64,000 nucleotides of DNA from Patescibacteria group bacterium (GCA_041649955.1 JBAZMD010000001.1:4079-68078), one strand, 5' to 3'. Positions 28,348 to 37,593 are shown, numbered from the stretch's first letter. The notes: generated by a model not told the origin, from the sequence alone. Made by a program: numbers and translations.

Positions 28348-29289
28348 ATGCTAAATAACACGAACAGTCAAAATAAAATTATTTTTTGGGGTACGCCGGA
28401 ATTTGCCGCCATTGTTTTGGATTTACTAAGTCAAACTCAGTTTAAACCGGCTTTTGTTGTCACTGAACCGGATAAACCCGTGGGCAGAAAACAAATTGTA
28501 ACCGCTCCGCCAGTGAAAGAATCAGCTCTCAAATATGGCATTCCTGTTCTTCAGCCCGAAAATTTATTAACTTATCAACTTGCAAACCTACAAGCTGATT
28601 TGTTTATTGTCGCCGCTTATGGAAAAATCTTGCCAAAAGAAATTTTAGATATTCCAAAATACGGCTGTCTTAATATTCATCCTTCATTATTGCCTCTTTA
28701 TCGCGGAGCAACGCCTATTCAAGCAGCTATTTTAAATGGCGACGAAATAACCGGAGTCAGTATTATTTTAATGGACGAAAAAATGGATCACGGACCGATC
28801 GTCGCGCAGCAACAATTGGAATTGCCGATTACTGATTATCAATTGCCAAAATTATCCAAAGAACTGGCGGAATTGGGAGCAAAAATTTTAATAGAAACTT
28901 TGCCGAAATGGCTAACAGGAGAAATTAAACCAATTATTCAAGACGAAACCAAAGTAACTTTTACGAGACAGATTAAAAAAGAAGACGGTCTAATCAATTG
29001 GTCTCTTCCGGCAGAAAAAATTAAAAAAATGCTGCGAGCTTATTATCCTTGGCCGGGAATTTTTACCAATTTTGACAATAAAAAATTAAAAATCATTAAA
29101 GCGGAAATTTTAGAAATTCAAGATAATAAAAAACCGGGAACAGTATTTTTTACATCAGACAAACAATTAGCAATAGCTTGCGGCAAAGATGCTTTAATTT
29201 TAAAAGAAATTCAACTGGAAGGAAAAAAAGCCATGACTGCCGGTGATTTTTTGAATGGTTATCCGAAAATAATCAACGCTATTTTATAA
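28348..29289 (+). CDS. fmt: Methionyl-tRNA formyltransferase
   Basis: IIFWGTPEFA N-terminus and the formyltransferase core, including HPSLLP. Confidence 0.9.
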   Translation: MLNNTNSQNKIIFWGTPEFAAIVLDLLSQTQFKPAFVVTEPDKPVGRKQIVTAPPVKESALKYGIPVLQPENLLTYQLANLQADLFIVAAYGKILPKEILDIPKYGCLNIHPSLLPLYRGATPIQAAILNGDEITGVSIILMDEKMDHGPIVAQQQLELPITDYQLPKLSKELAELGAKILIETLPKWLTGEIKPIIQDETKVTFTRQIKKEDGLINWSLPAEKIKKMLRAYYPWPGIFTNFDNKKLKIIKAEILEIQDNKKPGTVFFTSDKQLAIACGKDALILKEIQLEGKKAMTAGDFLNGYPKIINAIL

Positions 29290-30775
29290 CTTTTCTTTTT
29301 TTCTCAGTCACCCTGAAGCCGATATATTTACCCAGCATTAATCTGGTAATTCCCTCTCCGGCCGGAATAGAACCGAAAAAAATCATTGTAATCGGAAAAA
29401 GAAGCCATTGAAAAATCATAAAAAAATATTGAGTAATTTTATGTTTTTGGGGTTTTGGAGGCAATAAAATAGTGCTTAAAATAGCGGATAAGAAAAGTCC
29501 GACTAAAGTAAAAGTCATTAATTTTTCCAAGACAAAAGGAGCGTTGTGAACAATCGCTTCTGTTTTATTTTGCAAATGAGCGATGCGCATCGGCAAATTA
29601 CCTAAAATAAAAATTAAAAGCGGCACCGTGGCCCAAGTGCACGAACCTTCCAACTGAACCCAGAATGGCGGGATCTTTTTTTTAAAAGGCATTTTTTTGT
29701 TTCTGAATAAATTCCATATCATCCACGGAACGTTTTCAACTCCATAGCCCCAGCGTAATATTTGTTTATACTGATTAATCAAAGTTTTTTTAATTGAACC
29801 GACATAAACCGTATCCATTGAAACCGACATATATAAAGGAACTGTTTGATAATCGCCATTATAATGATTGTAACATTGCAGAAAAATTCTGGAGTCCTCG
29901 CTGACCACGTCTTTTTGCCAAAAACCGATGTCAGTTAAAGCCTTGAAACTCAAAGCATGACTGGAAAAAGTAAAATAAATATGCGGCTTGGTAAGTTCGG
30001 TTAAAAGCCAAAAAGTGGTTCCCCTAGCCACCACTCTTGTAAGCGCCGGCGAATCCCAAATATTATTATTAAATACCGCCACGGGCTGATAAGAACAATG
30101 CGTGGGATCCGGATGAGTAAGATAAACATAAGTTAAATACGGAAGATACAAAGGATGAACACAGGTATCAACATCAAAACTGGAAACTATTATTTTTTCA
30201 TAAGGCAAGCCTAATTCATCAATTATTTTTTGCGCTTCTTGTCCGGAAAAATGCAAATTAGAACCCTTGCCGGAAATTTCATCAGGTAAATTTTTCGGAT
30301 GAACTGTTACTAAAAATTTAAAAAATTTATCAGCGTATCTGCTTTTAATCTCTTCTGCCATTTTTAAAAAATTATCTTTATCTTTTTCTTCCCCTGCCAA
30401 AACCACTATTAATTTATGCAAAGGATAATCTGATTTTATTAAAGCTTCAAAAGTCGGTCCGACAACGTCTATTTCTTCTTTATAAGTGGCAAAAAATACC
30501 AAATGATGAATATCAGCATAACCGGGCAATTTTTCCGCTTTTTCGCGCCAATTAATTTTTAAATTCTTGCGATATTTGCGCCAAGCGTAAATAAGCAAAA
30601 TTGACAAATATAAAACTTTAATCAGCCAATAAAGATCAAAAATAATAATAAAATAAATAACCCAAATGGGTCTTATGAACGATAATAAAATGCTTCCCAA
30701 TAATATTACCCAAACGATAATTCCCGGGAACATTTCATAAAAACGATATTTTTGACGATCACTTGGGTGCCACAT
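29279..30775 (-). CDS. Membrane-embedded processive GT2 glycosyltransferase (cellulose/chitin-synthase-like)
   Basis: Multiple TM helices, a DVD (DxD) motif and the QILRW (QxxRW) motif of processive beta-glycosyltransferases. Its 3' end overlaps fmt's 3' end by 11 nt, convergently. Confidence 0.7.
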   Translation of the reverse strand: MWHPSDRQKYRFYEMFPGIIVWVILLGSILLSFIRPIWVIYFIIIFDLYWLIKVLYLSILLIYAWRKYRKNLKINWREKAEKLPGYADIHHLVFFATYKEEIDVVGPTFEALIKSDYPLHKLIVVLAGEEKDKDNFLKMAEEIKSRYADKFFKFLVTVHPKNLPDEISGKGSNLHFSGQEAQKIIDELGLPYEKIIVSSFDVDTCVHPLYLPYLTYVYLTHPDPTHCSYQPVAVFNNNIWDSPALTRVVARGTTFWLLTELTKPHIYFTFSSHALSFKALTDIGFWQKDVVSEDSRIFLQCYNHYNGDYQTVPLYMSVSMDTVYVGSIKKTLINQYKQILRWGYGVENVPWMIWNLFRNKKMPFKKKIPPFWVQLEGSCTWATVPLLIFILGNLPMRIAHLQNKTEAIVHNAPFVLEKLMTFTLVGLFLSAILSTILLPPKPQKHKITQYFFMIFQWLLFPITMIFFGSIPAGEGITRLMLGKYIGFRVTEKKRKVIK

Positions 30776-30781
30776 AATAAT

Positions 30782-31909
30782 TTAACGGATAAACAAATAA
30801 GCGATTTCCGAAACCATACCCAATAAAAGCAAAATTATCAAAAGATAAGTAAAAAACGGTATGCGATATTGAAATCTTTTTTTAACAAAATGCTGATAAA
30901 TTAAAATAACAATAATTCCTTCCAGTCCCAAAAAAATACCGCCGGTCAAGCCGATGACATCAATGCAATTTTTAAAACCCAATAAATATAAAGCAAGAGG
31001 AATAAAGCAGGCAAAAGCCCAAGATTTCTTTTTGGATAATTTCAAATCATACCAAAAAATTTTCTTTAAAGTGGTTCCTATACTGATAAAAGAAGTAAAA
31101 GTAGTGATTAATCCCAACAAAAAACCCAAATAAATCAATCTGGGGTCAATGATTTTGCTAAACCCCAAAATAGCGTCATTTGTTGTTTCTGTGCCGCTAA
31201 CGCCTAAAATGGTAAAAGTAAAAAGCAGATAGCAAATGGCGGAAATAATAATACCAAAACCGATTACTTTAAAAAGTTTTTTACGATTTCGATCAACAAT
31301 TTCCTTAACTTCCGGCACCAAAGTAATACCCCAAAGAGAAAATAATATTACTCCGTAAGGCATTGTTAAAAAACGATAATCAAAGGTGGCCAAATTATTC
31401 AAATGAACATAAGGCAAGCCCCTGAAAAAGAAAAATAAAAGTATCAGCACGAAAACAACTCCTAAAATCAATTGAATCGGCACCATGGCGCATCGATCGC
31501 GATAAATTATAATTGATCCTAAAATAAAATAAGCCAAAATATAATAAATAACAGCGCCGCCGATCAAAGGTGATAACAATAAATATAAAAACTCTCCGCC
31601 CATAATAAGATAAGCCAAAAGCGCGCCGGCTAAACTAAGCAAAGAAACAGTGAAGCTGATTTTTTTGGCTCTTTTGCCCAGATATTCTTCGGCATAACCG
31701 GGAATTCTGGCAACGCGGTGAGTATCGCAAGTCACTTCTCCTAAAAGAGAATGGATGACAATAACTATACCGGACATTAAAATAAAATACGCAACAACGA
31801 CAAAAAATCCGGCCTGCCGCGCCACATAAGGCAAACAAAAAAATCCGACACCAATAATGGTTCCGGCAAAACACGCTAATGCTTTGATAAATCTGAATTT
31901 TCTTTTCAT
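30782..31909 (-). CDS. Amino-acid permease, HAAAP (Trp/Tyr permease-like) family
   Basis: N-terminal FAGTIIGVGFFCLPYVARQAGFF resembles the TyrP/Mtr/TnaB signature. About 11 TM helices. Confidence 0.55.
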   Translation of the reverse strand: MKRKFRFIKALACFAGTIIGVGFFCLPYVARQAGFFVVVAYFILMSGIVIVIHSLLGEVTCDTHRVARIPGYAEEYLGKRAKKISFTVSLLSLAGALLAYLIMGGEFLYLLLSPLIGGAVIYYILAYFILGSIIIYRDRCAMVPIQLILGVVFVLILLFFFFRGLPYVHLNNLATFDYRFLTMPYGVILFSLWGITLVPEVKEIVDRNRKKLFKVIGFGIIISAICYLLFTFTILGVSGTETTNDAILGFSKIIDPRLIYLGFLLGLITTFTSFISIGTTLKKIFWYDLKLSKKKSWAFACFIPLALYLLGFKNCIDVIGLTGGIFLGLEGIIVILIYQHFVKKRFQYRIPFFTYLLIILLLLGMVSEIAYLFIR

Positions 31910-31954
31910 ACGAAAATTATTTAATTTATTTAATCCGCCAGCTGGCGGAGCAAA

Positions 31955-32012
31955 ATTTTTAACTATAATTTTGCGTACCCGCCCAGATTTTTTAATAAAA
32001 AACTTGGGCGGG
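31955..32012 (-). terminator. Conserved-flank hairpin (family 4, copy 1), probable terminator of the rpe-DUF4258 transcript
   Basis: tttgcgtaccc-GCCCAG...CTTGGGCGGGTA-aaggttttgttgc. The same flanks surround a larger hairpin at 34200-34345. Confidence 0.4.
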
Positions 32013-32032
32013 TAAAGGTTTTGTTGCCAAAA

Positions 32033-32371
32033 TTACTGCGTCTCCGGCTTGTAATTTTTGACAAAGCCCTTTATATCTTCGGGCATGGGTATTTCTTTTT
32101 TGGGGCTTATGCCCGGATAACGCCAAGCAGTAACAATTTTTATTTTCTCGCCTACTTTTTGATACATCAGCCAAATTTCAGTCGGATGTTTCTTGCTGCC
32201 CGAAACTTGCATTATGGCCGTGGTGTCCGGCGCAATCCCCTCTTCTTGGCGAATTGAATTGCGAAGTAATCTTTTCAAGCAATTTTCCGAAAGTCCGTAT
32301 TGGCGCATTTTTGAAACAGCGTGCCGAGTCCAAATAGTTTTAAAATCATTTTTTGGCGCTTTAAAATACAT
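32033..32371 (-). CDS. DUF4258-like small protein (putative toxin-type domain)
   Basis: TRHAVSKMRQYGLSE...IWLMY...IKIVTAWR fits the H-A-x-x-R-M...GI pattern of DUF4258. Start set at the Met 8 nt after the rpe stop; the track's longer form would overlap rpe by 70 nt. Confidence 0.4.
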   Translation of the reverse strand: MYFKAPKNDFKTIWTRHAVSKMRQYGLSENCLKRLLRNSIRQEEGIAPDTTAIMQVSGSKKHPTEIWLMYQKVGEKIKIVTAWRYPGISPKKEIPMPEDIKGFVKNYKPETQ

Positions 32372-32379
32372 ATAATTTT

Positions 32380-33030
32380 TTAAAAGAGTTTTACTAACTC
32401 TTTTATTTTTTTCTTTTCTTGACCCGGATATTTTTTTAAATTTTCCCAAAAATAAGAACCGACAAATAAATAATCTGCGCCTGATTTTTTAAGCAATGGC
32501 GCGGTTCTTGGATTTACGCCGCCGTCAACGCCTATTTTTACTTTCGGAAACATTTTATGGAAAGATTCAATCTTTTTCAAAATTGACTTTTTAAATTTTT
32601 GTCCGCTGAATCCCGGTTCTACGCCCATAAACAATATCGTGTCCAATAAATCGGACGGAATATTTTTTAATTTTGCCAAAGATGTTTTTGGATTTATGGC
32701 TAAGCCGGCTTGAAAACCTTTTTGCTTGATCAATTTTAAAATCTGTTCAGGATTTTTATCCGCTTCAAGATGAAAAACAATTCTTTTTATTTTTTTAAAA
32801 AACCATTTTTTAACAGCCAATCTAAGATTTTTAACCATCAAATGAACTTCAAAATCCATTTGAACATTAAAATTTTTAAGATCCGAAGCGTTTTGCCAGG
32901 TTTTATTTTTAACAAAAATGCCGTCGCCGATATCAATTTGAATCAATTTAAATATTCCTTGGCAAATATTTATTTTTTCTTTAACTGCTTTAAAATCTTT
33001 TTCTAAAATAGCGGGAATAATTTGCGCCAT
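32380..33030 (-). CDS. rpe: Ribulose-phosphate 3-epimerase
   Basis: MAQIIPAILEKDF...HLMV...GVDGG motifs of Rpe. Confidence 0.85.
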   Translation of the reverse strand: MAQIIPAILEKDFKAVKEKINICQGIFKLIQIDIGDGIFVKNKTWQNASDLKNFNVQMDFEVHLMVKNLRLAVKKWFFKKIKRIVFHLEADKNPEQILKLIKQKGFQAGLAINPKTSLAKLKNIPSDLLDTILFMGVEPGFSGQKFKKSILKKIESFHKMFPKVKIGVDGGVNPRTAPLLKKSGADYLFVGSYFWENLKKYPGQEKKKIKELVKLF

Positions 33031-33080
33031 AATTATCTTTTTATTTCTTCATATAATATTTATTACCCTTAGCGAATTTC

Positions 33081-33252
33081 GTCTGAACGGATGTTGCGGA
33101 AAAGCCTTAGAAAATTAAGGAGTTTTATTGAAAAATTCATCTGTTTGACGACCTCTTTGGGAGGAGTTATGAATTTTTCAAAATAAAACGAGTATAATTT
33201 TCAAGGCTTTGGAGTGTTGAGTGAAGGCGAAATTCGCGACTTTTTTATTTAA
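33081..33252. repeat. Structured intergenic repeat family 3, long copy (with an internal insertion of about 85 nt)
   Basis: Both ends match 40881-40970 (gcgaatttcgtctgaacgga...ggctttggagtgttgagtgaaggcgaaattcgcgacttttttatttaat). The insert carries an 11-bp inverted repeat gaaaaattcat/atgaatttttc. Confidence 0.65.
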
Positions 33253-33475
33253 TAAAGGGCGGACGCGGCGGAAATTTTTTCTTCACCAAAGTGTTTGGTT
33301 TTGCAGGAAAATCAGTCTTAGATAACTTTTTTTTGCCGGTAAAAATAATCAAAATAATTATTAAAACAATAAAAATCAAAATCGGGATATAAACTAAAGG
33401 AGCATTTTTTATGCCAAAAATAAAAGCGCCTATTATTGCTTTTAAAAATGACCCTATATTTCCAATTGATGACAT
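33245..33475 (-). CDS. Hypothetical small membrane protein (76 aa)
   Basis: Hydrophobic core. Its stop codon lies within the ttatttaat end of the family-3 repeat. Weak. Confidence 0.3.
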   Translation of the reverse strand: MSSIGNIGSFLKAIIGAFIFGIKNAPLVYIPILIFIVLIIILIIFTGKKKLSKTDFPAKPNTLVKKKFPPRPPFIK

Positions 33476-33481
33476 AAAAAA

Positions 33482-34057
33482 TTATTTGCTTCTTATTTTT
33501 AAATCATATAATATTTCTTCCGCTTTTTTCAGATTTCTTTTAGCATCATCGTATTTTGTGCGCAAATAACCGGTCAAATCCAATTTAATCAATTCGCCCA
33601 CGACTTGAGTGATTAATTCTTTTAATTCCCGCGCTTTTTCAACCTTATCTTCAGTGGCTAAAAGGACGATTTTTCTGACCAATTCGCCGGTCAAATCGCA
33701 AATACCGCCCAAATAACTTTCAAAACCAAGCTTAATTTCGGAAATCTCCTTTAACTGGCCAAGTTTTATAGCTTGCCAAAACAGTTTAGCTTCCGCGTAT
33801 TCTTCCAAGGCCGCTTTATAAGCACCGGCATATAAAAGTTGCGGCGACTTGGTTAACGAACCCTGAAGCTTGATAAAAATCTTTTCAACTTCTTCAAGGC
33901 TTTTTTCTGCTTCACTGATTTGATCGCGCTGCAAAGAAAAAATGGCCTGTTTTGACTTATGCAAAGCGACGTTTGATTGCTGATTTACCAAATAAAACAT
34001 TGAAACGTGATTTTTATATTCCTTGCTTAATTTTTGCAACATTATTTTATTGATCAT
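33482..34057 (-). CDS. Translin-family protein
   Basis: C-terminal LRTKYDDAKRNLKKAEEILYDLKIR closely parallels the eukaryotic translin C-terminus (LRKRYDGLKYDVKKVEEVVYDLSIRG). All-alpha protein of about 190 aa. Confidence 0.55.
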   Translation of the reverse strand: MINKIMLQKLSKEYKNHVSMFYLVNQQSNVALHKSKQAIFSLQRDQISEAEKSLEEVEKIFIKLQGSLTKSPQLLYAGAYKAALEEYAEAKLFWQAIKLGQLKEISEIKLGFESYLGGICDLTGELVRKIVLLATEDKVEKARELKELITQVVGELIKLDLTGYLRTKYDDAKRNLKKAEEILYDLKIRSK

Positions 34058-34199
34058 AGTAAATTTTTTAAAATTTTTAACCCGCCAAAATTTTTGGCAG
34101 TAGATAATTTGAACTTTTTAAATTAAATAGTTAATTATATTATTTAGACAATTAAATCTTAGATTGGAATTTGGGCGGGGCGAAAAATTTTACTAAAAA

Positions 34200-34345
34200 T
34201 TTGCGTACCCCCTCCTTTTGAGCGCTCTTGGAATAAAACTTATTACATATATGTAGTAGGGCAATTTAGTGAAAGAATATACATTAGTTTTTTTACTAAT
34301 TTAGAAGAGAATATTGAGAGCGTCTAAAAGGAGGGGGTAAAGGTT
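34200..34345 (-). terminator. Conserved-flank hairpin (family 4, copy 2) downstream of tsaB
   Basis: tttgcgtaccc-CCTCCTTTTGAGCGCTC...GAGCGTCTAAAAGGAGGG-ggtaaaggttttgttgc, plus an adjacent ctccgac-tttaat-gtcggag hairpin. Confidence 0.4.
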
Positions 34346-34359
34346 TTGTTGCTCCGACT

Positions 34360-34776
34360 TTAATGTCGGAGACAAAACTCTTTAGGTTGGCTTATATTGG
34401 GCAGTTTCCCATAAAACGGCCTGACTGTTTTAGTTTTTTTATTTAATTTTTTAATTCCGATTTTAATCAAATCAAATTTATCTCCATTTTTAAGGCCGAC
34501 CACTGGAACTTTTAATAACCATGCCAAAGTGTTCGCCACTGACAAGGCCACTCTAATACCGACAAAAGAGCCCGGACCGTTAACAACAATAATACCCTTA
34601 ACATCTTTCAATCTTTTATTTGCTTTTAACAAAAGATTGTCCAATCCTTTTAAAATATTATTATCTTGTCCTCGTTTATTTTTTAAAGTTAGAAAAAAAT
34701 ATTTTTTCGCGGATTTATCCAATATCAACGCCAAATAATTTTTATCATCTTCCAAATTATTAATCAGTAAATACAT
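34360..34776 (-). CDS. tsaB: tRNA threonylcarbamoyladenosine biosynthesis protein TsaB (short form, 138 aa)
   Basis: GPGSFVGIRVALSVANTLAWLLKVPVVG is the TsaB/YeaZ N-domain signature. The protein ends after the N-domain. Confidence 0.65.
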   Translation of the reverse strand: MYLLINNLEDDKNYLALILDKSAKKYFFLTLKNKRGQDNNILKGLDNLLLKANKRLKDVKGIIVVNGPGSFVGIRVALSVANTLAWLLKVPVVGLKNGDKFDLIKIGIKKLNKKTKTVRPFYGKLPNISQPKEFCLRH

Positions 34777-34779
34777 ACG

Positions 34780-36537
34780 CTACATTTTATTTAAGACGTC
34801 AATGCCAAGCAAGTTTAAACCGTTTCTCAATACTTGCGATGTTGCTTGAATCAACGTCAAACGCGCCTTAACCAAATTTTTACTTTCCGCTTTTAAAACC
34901 TTATGCTTGTGATAAAATTCGTTGAAAGTTTGGCTTAATTTCAAAAGATAAGTCGCCAAACAAGTTGGATTATACGACAAGGCGGCTTCTTTAGTCACTC
35001 CGGGAAAAGCCGCTAATAATTTTAAAATCGCCGCTTCTTCAGGATTGCCCAATATTTTATAATCAATTGCTTTATCCGTGATTTCTTCCACGGGTTTTTT
35101 TTCTAAAATACTGTGGATTCTGGTATAAGTATATTGAATATAAGGACCGGTTGCTCCTTCAAAAGAAATTGATTCTTTGGGCTGAAAATGGACTTCTTGA
35201 TCCGGCGTAAATTTAAGCAAGAAAAATTTCAAAGCGGCCAAAGCGATAATTTCCGCTCTTCGCGAAACTTCAATCGGGCTGATATTCGGATCACTGGACA
35301 TTATTTCGCTTTTTGCCAATTGTTCTATTTCCGCAATAACATCATCCGCATCCACAACTGTTCCTTCTCTTGATTTTAATCTTCCTTCAGGAACAAAAAT
35401 CAAGCCATAAGAAAGATGATGGCAATTTTCCACTCCCTTAAAACCGAATAATTCTAAAATTTTGAACAAAACTTGAAAATGATATTTTTGTTCCGATGCT
35501 ACCACATAAATTGATTTATATGGTTTAAAGTCGCGATTTTTTAAAAAAGCCAAGCCAATATCTTGCGTAACATAAACACTTGTGCCATCAGCCCTAACTA
35601 AAACTTTTTTGTCTAAATTATATTTTGTTAAATCAATTTCTATGGCTTTATCTTCGCGGCGATAACAAATTTTTCTTCTTAATGCTTTTAAAATTATTTT
35701 CTTGCCTAATTGATAAGTATCGCTTTCAAAATACCATTTGTCAAAATTGATTCCAATTTTTTCGTAAGTTTTATAAAAACCATCAAGCGCCCATTTGTTC
35801 ATTTGCTGCCAAAGGGCGATTATTTCTGAATCCCCTTTTTCCCATTGTTCCAATATTTTTTGCGCTTCATTTAATAATTCGGGATTTTCTTTAACCTTGG
35901 TGTTAAATAAAACATAATATTTTCCAACGAAATGATCGCCTTTTATTTTTTCCGATTCCGGAGTTTTACCTTCGCCCCATAATTTGTAGGCCAACATTGA
36001 TTTACAAATATGAATACCTCGATCATTAATCAAATTAATTTTAATAACTTTATAACCGATAGCTGATAATAAATTGGCTGTGGCCTGACCCAAAAAATTA
36101 TTTCGCAAATGCCCCAAATGCTGCGGTTTATTGGTATTAGGCGCTGAATATTCCACTAAAATTTTTTTATTTTTCCCAAAATTTGAAAAACCGAATTTAT
36201 CTCCTTTGGATAAAATTTCCTCGCAAATCGCTTTAAACCAAATTCTTTTATTAATAAAAAAATTAAGATAAGGTCCGATATTTTTCGCTTTTTCAAAAAC
36301 TGAAAATTTTGTTTTATTCAAATTAAGCTGCGAGGCTAATTCTTGAGCAATGACTGTCGGCGCTTTTTTAAGAACTTTCGCTATTTCAAAACAAGAAATA
36401 CTAAAATCTCCCATCTCTTGATTGGGAGGAGTTTCCAATTTTAGATCCTCTTTAAATAAAGAAAAATCAAAAGAGAGACTTGTTAAAGCCCTTTTTAAAG
36501 CTTCTATAAGATGTTTTTGCAGTATTTCGGTAGTCAT
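34780..36537 (-). CDS. argS: Arginine--tRNA ligase
   Basis: SAPNTNKPQHLGHLRN HIGH region and ArgRS architecture. Confidence 0.9.
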   Translation of the reverse strand: MTTEILQKHLIEALKRALTSLSFDFSLFKEDLKLETPPNQEMGDFSISCFEIAKVLKKAPTVIAQELASQLNLNKTKFSVFEKAKNIGPYLNFFINKRIWFKAICEEILSKGDKFGFSNFGKNKKILVEYSAPNTNKPQHLGHLRNNFLGQATANLLSAIGYKVIKINLINDRGIHICKSMLAYKLWGEGKTPESEKIKGDHFVGKYYVLFNTKVKENPELLNEAQKILEQWEKGDSEIIALWQQMNKWALDGFYKTYEKIGINFDKWYFESDTYQLGKKIILKALRRKICYRREDKAIEIDLTKYNLDKKVLVRADGTSVYVTQDIGLAFLKNRDFKPYKSIYVVASEQKYHFQVLFKILELFGFKGVENCHHLSYGLIFVPEGRLKSREGTVVDADDVIAEIEQLAKSEIMSSDPNISPIEVSRRAEIIALAALKFFLLKFTPDQEVHFQPKESISFEGATGPYIQYTYTRIHSILEKKPVEEITDKAIDYKILGNPEEAAILKLLAAFPGVTKEAALSYNPTCLATYLLKLSQTFNEFYHKHKVLKAESKNLVKARLTLIQATSQVLRNGLNLLGIDVLNKM

Positions 36538-36564
36538 TGTTTATCTACTTATTAGCTTATCTAC

Positions 36565-37572
36565 TTACTTGCTTATTTTCTTGCCTATATATTCAGCAAG
36601 CTCTACATACCGACATGAATATCCCCATTCATTGTCATACCAAGCCATTACTTTAATTAAATTATCCTTAACCATAGTTAAGGATAAATCAATAATTGCT
36701 GAATGAGAATTACCGCGAAAATCAGAAGATACTAAAAGTTCATCAGATACATTTAAAATTCCTTTTAATTTTCCTTTAGCTGCGGCAATAAATTTATTAT
36801 TAACTTCCGCTGCGGTTGTCGGTTTTTCCACTGAACAAATAAAATCAACCACTGAAACAACCGGAGTCGGAACGCGCAAAGAAATGCCGTCCAATTTTCC
36901 CGCTAAATCCGGAATAACGACTGCCACTGATTTGGTGGCGCCGGTCGTGGTGGGAATCATATTTTCCGCAGCCGCGCGAGTTCGGCGTAAATCTTTGTGA
37001 GGCAAATCAAGCAAGCGCTGATCATTGGTATAAGAATGAATTGTGGTCATGAATCCGCGTTTGATTTTAAAATTATCGTTTAAAATTTTCGCCATCGGGG
37101 CCAGACAATTGGTTGTGCACGAACCATTGGAAATAATAAAATCTTTTTTTGAATCAAATTTTTCTTCATTAACTCCCAAAACATAAGTCGGGATATCTGA
37201 ATTTTTAGGCGGCGCGGAAATAATCACTCTTTTCGCTCCGGCCTCAAGATGTTTTTTTGCTCCCTGATAATCGGTAAAAAATCCCGTACATTCCAAAACC
37301 ACATCCACGCCCAATTTTTTCCAAGGCAATAAAGCCGGATCTTTTTCCGCAAAAACCGGAATTTTCTTTCCGTCAACAATTAAATTTTTTCCGTCTTCGC
37401 TCACTTTTTTATCAAATTTTCCATAAAGAGAATCGTATTGCAAAAGATGCGCCAAAGTTTTTGTGTCAGTCAAATCATTGATTGCCACAATTTCTATATT
37501 TTTAGACTTAGAAGCGATGCGAAAACTCGGTCGGCCGATCCGGCCGAATCCATTAATTGCTATTTTAATCAT
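36565..37572 (-). CDS. gap: Glyceraldehyde-3-phosphate dehydrogenase
   Basis: MIKIAINGFGRIGR N-terminus and the SCTTNCLAP active-site region. Confidence 0.9.
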   Translation of the reverse strand: MIKIAINGFGRIGRPSFRIASKSKNIEIVAINDLTDTKTLAHLLQYDSLYGKFDKKVSEDGKNLIVDGKKIPVFAEKDPALLPWKKLGVDVVLECTGFFTDYQGAKKHLEAGAKRVIISAPPKNSDIPTYVLGVNEEKFDSKKDFIISNGSCTTNCLAPMAKILNDNFKIKRGFMTTIHSYTNDQRLLDLPHKDLRRTRAAAENMIPTTTGATKSVAVVIPDLAGKLDGISLRVPTPVVSVVDFICSVEKPTTAAEVNNKFIAAAKGKLKGILNVSDELLVSSDFRGNSHSAIIDLSLTMVKDNLIKVMAWYDNEWGYSCRYVELAEYIGKKISK

Positions 37573-37593
37573 ATTTTTTAAATTATAAATTAT

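Noticed and set aside
32033-32449. Long form (138 aa) of the gene downstream of rpe
   Set aside because: It would overlap the rpe 3' end by 70 nt. An internal Met 8 nt after the rpe stop gives a protein whose whole length matches the DUF4258 pattern, so the shorter start is preferred.
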